64,000 nt of DNA, from assembly GCA_043228905.1 (NCBI GenBank), contig JBHGNT010000013.1:2728001-2792000 (forward strand). The letters run 5' to 3'. This stretch comes from Azolla caroliniana. Its lineage: Eukaryota > Plantae > Polypodiophyta. Of this stretch, positions 60,753 through 64,000 are shown piece after piece (position 1 is the first letter of the stretch; each line of letters starts with the position of its first letter). The notes under the pieces were generated by a model. The model was given only the letters and a program-made list of their open reading frames with translations, did no database searches and was not told where the DNA came from. The translations under genes were made by a program, and so were the position numbers.

Positions 60753-63700
60753 TTCCTTTCGGCAACTCCACCAATTCCTACGTATGGTTCTCATGCAGGG
60801 AATCCATCTCATCCTGCATGGCACTTAACCATTTGCGGCTGTGGTTGTCATCCTTCGCTTCTTCGAAGCTTTTTGGCTCCCCCTCATCGGTTAGCAGCAC
60901 ATGCTCTGCATCCGGAAATCTCCGGGGGGGCCTTCTCTCTGAGAGGATATCTCCGTCTTTGGGCTTCGGTAACTGGCTCCTCCATTTGCTCTTCATCCGA
61001 ATCCGATTCGGGGTCTTGGCCAGTTCCGGTTTCAGCTTACTCTACTTCTTCTTCTGCCGGTTCGGTATCCTCACCGTAACCGACTGGTTCCTCGAGTGCT
61101 AACCGGTCTCTTGCGGGTTGGGTTTGCTCATCATAGAATCAATCCTTACCGGTCGACTCAGAGTTCATTATCTTCTTCTCTGACTCCCAGTCGGCGAGCA
61201 TCTTGTCCTCCATGAAGATAATATCTCGACTCCAGAATACCTTCTTGTCGACCAGGTCCCGGACTCGGTAGCCGAACTCATCGTCGCCGTAACCGAGGAA
61301 TATGCAAGGCCGGGTCTTTGGATCCAACTTTCCTCTCTGGTCCTTATCTATATGCACGTACGTGAGACACCCGAATACCTTTAGATGCCGGTAGGACACT
61401 TCCTTACCGGTCCAGACTCTCTGTGGCGTGTCTCCGTCCAAGGGTACTGAGGGTGATCTGTTTATCACATATGTCACCGTCGACAGTGCCTCAACCCAAA
61501 ACTTCTTGGGTAGTTTTGCATGCGCCAGCATACTCCGGACCCTCTCCATTATGGTCCGGTTCATCCTCTCGGCCAGCCTGTTTAGTTCCGGCGTCTTCGG
61601 CACGGTAAATTCAAGTCGGATTCCCTTTGAGCGACAGTACTCCTCGAACTGGCCCAGGTATTCACCTCCGTTATCTGCTCGAACCGCCTTCAGCTTCCGG
61701 CCGGTTTCTATTTCCACTCTTGCGTGGAGCTCTTGAAGACGGATAGCACCTAATCCTTCGTCTTCAACGGTGTGGCCCACAGCTTCCGGCTGTGGTCATC
61801 TATGAACGTCACGAAGTACTGCGATCCGGTATGTGACTTCGTGTCCACTTGACATACATCAGTATGCACCAACTCCAGTGGTGCATTACGTCTCATCGGT
61901 GGCCTCGATCGGAAGGAGGTCCGGTTTTGTTTACCGGCCAGACAATCAGTGCACTTCTCCAAGTGCACGTTCTTCACTGGATTGAGGTTGTCATCTGCAA
62001 GCCTCTTCATCCCCTTCTCGCTCATGTGACATAGCCTCTTGTGCCACAGCTCACCGGCAGTGGCGGATGCCACGTTCACTTCTTCCGGACATAACTGGGC
62101 ATTCATCAGGTAAAATGTGTTTACCTTCCGGGCCCGAGCCACAATTAGGGTTCCTTTGCTAAACTTCATAACACCGTTCCGGATGCTACCCGTGTAGCCT
62201 TCATCATCTAGCCGACCGGCTGATATCAGGTTCAGACGAACCTCCAGAACGTGTCGGACATCCTTCAGCAGCAACTTGCATCCGGTTGGTGTTGTCAGCC
62301 ACACGTCTCCTTTGCCGACAATTCGGCATGTACCTTCATTCCCCATCCGGACACATCCGTGATCACCGGCTGAGTAGGATGAGAAGCATTTCCGGTCAGG
62401 GGTAAGGTGGATTGACGCTCCAGAGTCGACCACCCAGGTCATCTCGTCGCCGGCAAGGTTTAGCTCACTCTCCTCGGTGATGAGCATAAACTCTTCTTCA
62501 CTTGTTGCAATTGCCGTCGTTCCCTTTCGGTCCGTTCCCCTCCGGTGTTTACCGTTCCGGTCCGTTGTCCACTTCTAATTGGTACTGTTGGTTTCCTTGT
62601 CTTTCCGGAAATGCCGACAGTTCTTCTGGAAGTGTCCCGGCTTGCCGCAATAGAAGCAAGTAGGCCTCCCCCTTGACTTTGACCGTGTCCCCGACTTTTC
62701 CCGGTTCTGGGGACTACGGTTTCTTTGTCTTCCGCCTTCCGATTCGATAAGGAGCGCTTTGGAGTCGGAGCTCGTATCCTTATCTTTCCGACGCACCTCC
62801 TCATCTAGCAAGCTCGACTTCACTCCTGCTAGGGATAACCGTTTCCCTTCCGTCCCGACGTTGCCCAAAGTGACAACCAACGTGTCCCAGCTATCCGGGA
62901 GGGAACCGAGTAGGAGTAGCGCTAGTACCGCATCGGTGAGAGGTACTTCCAATGATGTTGCCTAGTGTATCAGCCCCTAGAAGGCATTCATGTGCTCCAC
63001 CATGCTGGAGCCATCTTGGTACCGGAGTCTTGCTAGCTTCCGGAATACCGAAACCTGATTAACAACATTTTTGTTCTGAAACATAATGCCGATCTTCTCC
63101 CAGAGCTCATGAGCCTTGCTCTCTTCATTGAAGTTGTTGTATAGACTCATTTTGATGAAGCACCGTATGTACGCCGTTGTCTTTATGTGCATCACCTCCC
63201 ATATCGTGGTGTCGATTTTTTCCGGTCTCTTGTCCCCGAACTGAACCGGCAGCCAAAGGTCTTTAACCACGAGCATGTCCCTCATCTTCGACTTCCACAC
63301 CGAATAGTTGGAGCCAGTGAGCTTGAAAATGCCTCCCAACGAATCGTCCATTTCCTATGTCGTTTCGCTCTTATACCACTTTGCTAGGAACTACACTCGG
63401 CCACAACCGAGCTTAGAATCGAACACAAAAAACGGGGAATGAAAGAAAAAAAACACGACACAAAGGAGAGAAGGGTATAGAGGATGTTTAACGTGGAAAA
63501 CCTTGAGAGGGAAAAAAAACCACGGTAGTCCACAGACTCCAAACTATCACTATATCACAATGATTACAACAGTGAGCTCATGGAGGCAATGACCTCGTGC
63601 TCACGATCTTCGCCACAGGTGGCGGTTACAACAGAGGCAATGACCTCTTCCTCTCTCTCTCTCTCTCTCTCTCTCTGTACACTATTACGCGCTCTCTAGT

Positions 63701-63977
63701 CTTGAACCAACAAGAATGACAACAACAACACTCATATAAGTTTTCCCTAAGTCATATTTATACTAATATGACTTTTCGGCTATTTACAAATATAGCCCCG
63801 ATGGACTCTCAAAAGATATATTTACGAATATGTCCCTTCATCCGGTGAGCGCTCCTCACCGGGCCTGTATCATCCGGATCTTGCCAGGCACTCGTCATCC
63901 GGTTCTCCGTAGCCGAATACTCCTCATCCGGTTCTCATCGGGTCTTCCGTAGCTGGGTATTCCTCATCCGGTTTCGG
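60753..63977 (-). mobile_element. Copia G2 (D family): truncated LTR, PBS, gag, PR, INT and RT start, decayed
   Basis: ORFs 62977-63351, 62575-62952, 61750-62487, 61139-61780 and 60778-60996 are closely similar to element D. LTR ~63383-63977 is the reverse complement of the G1 LTR but lacks its first ~45 bp. Confidence 0.9.
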
Positions 63978-64000
63978 GCTCGGCCTATCAGCCTCGACCG

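Noticed and set aside
63978-64000. Non-LTR sequence truncating the G2 LTR at the window edge
   Set aside because: Only 23 bp are visible, too little to classify.

Overview
Land-plant nuclear DNA; the Tcn1-like chromoviruses suggest a fern or other non-seed plant (inference). A central gene island holds two genes. One is a 17-exon CPL1-like RNA polymerase II CTD phosphatase (26230-39582, +, ~972 aa). The other is a 4-exon uncharacterised coiled-coil gene (43548-41482, -). CPL intron 6 carries an intact, very young Ty1/copia element (30007-35121) with identical 191-bp TG...TA LTRs. Both flanks are nested, decayed LTR retrotransposons, with LINE fragments and intronless HSP70 and MAPK pseudogene relics. 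The most unusual signals are in retroelement cis-sequences. (1) A Ty3/gypsy element (45370-59938) has no polypurine tract and instead has a tRNA-Arg primer-binding site facing inward at both LTRs. (2) Two chromovirus families have a PBS complementary to their own predicted transcript 5' end, with co-varying sequence (Tf1-like self-priming). (3) Chromovirus LTRs here also carry heat-shock-element arrays and an antisense tRNA-derived A/B-box module at the U3 tip. (4) There is a -1 frameshift signal, a LINE::pol in-frame fusion and a fold-back copia pair. All coordinates were read by eye and no database searches were run.
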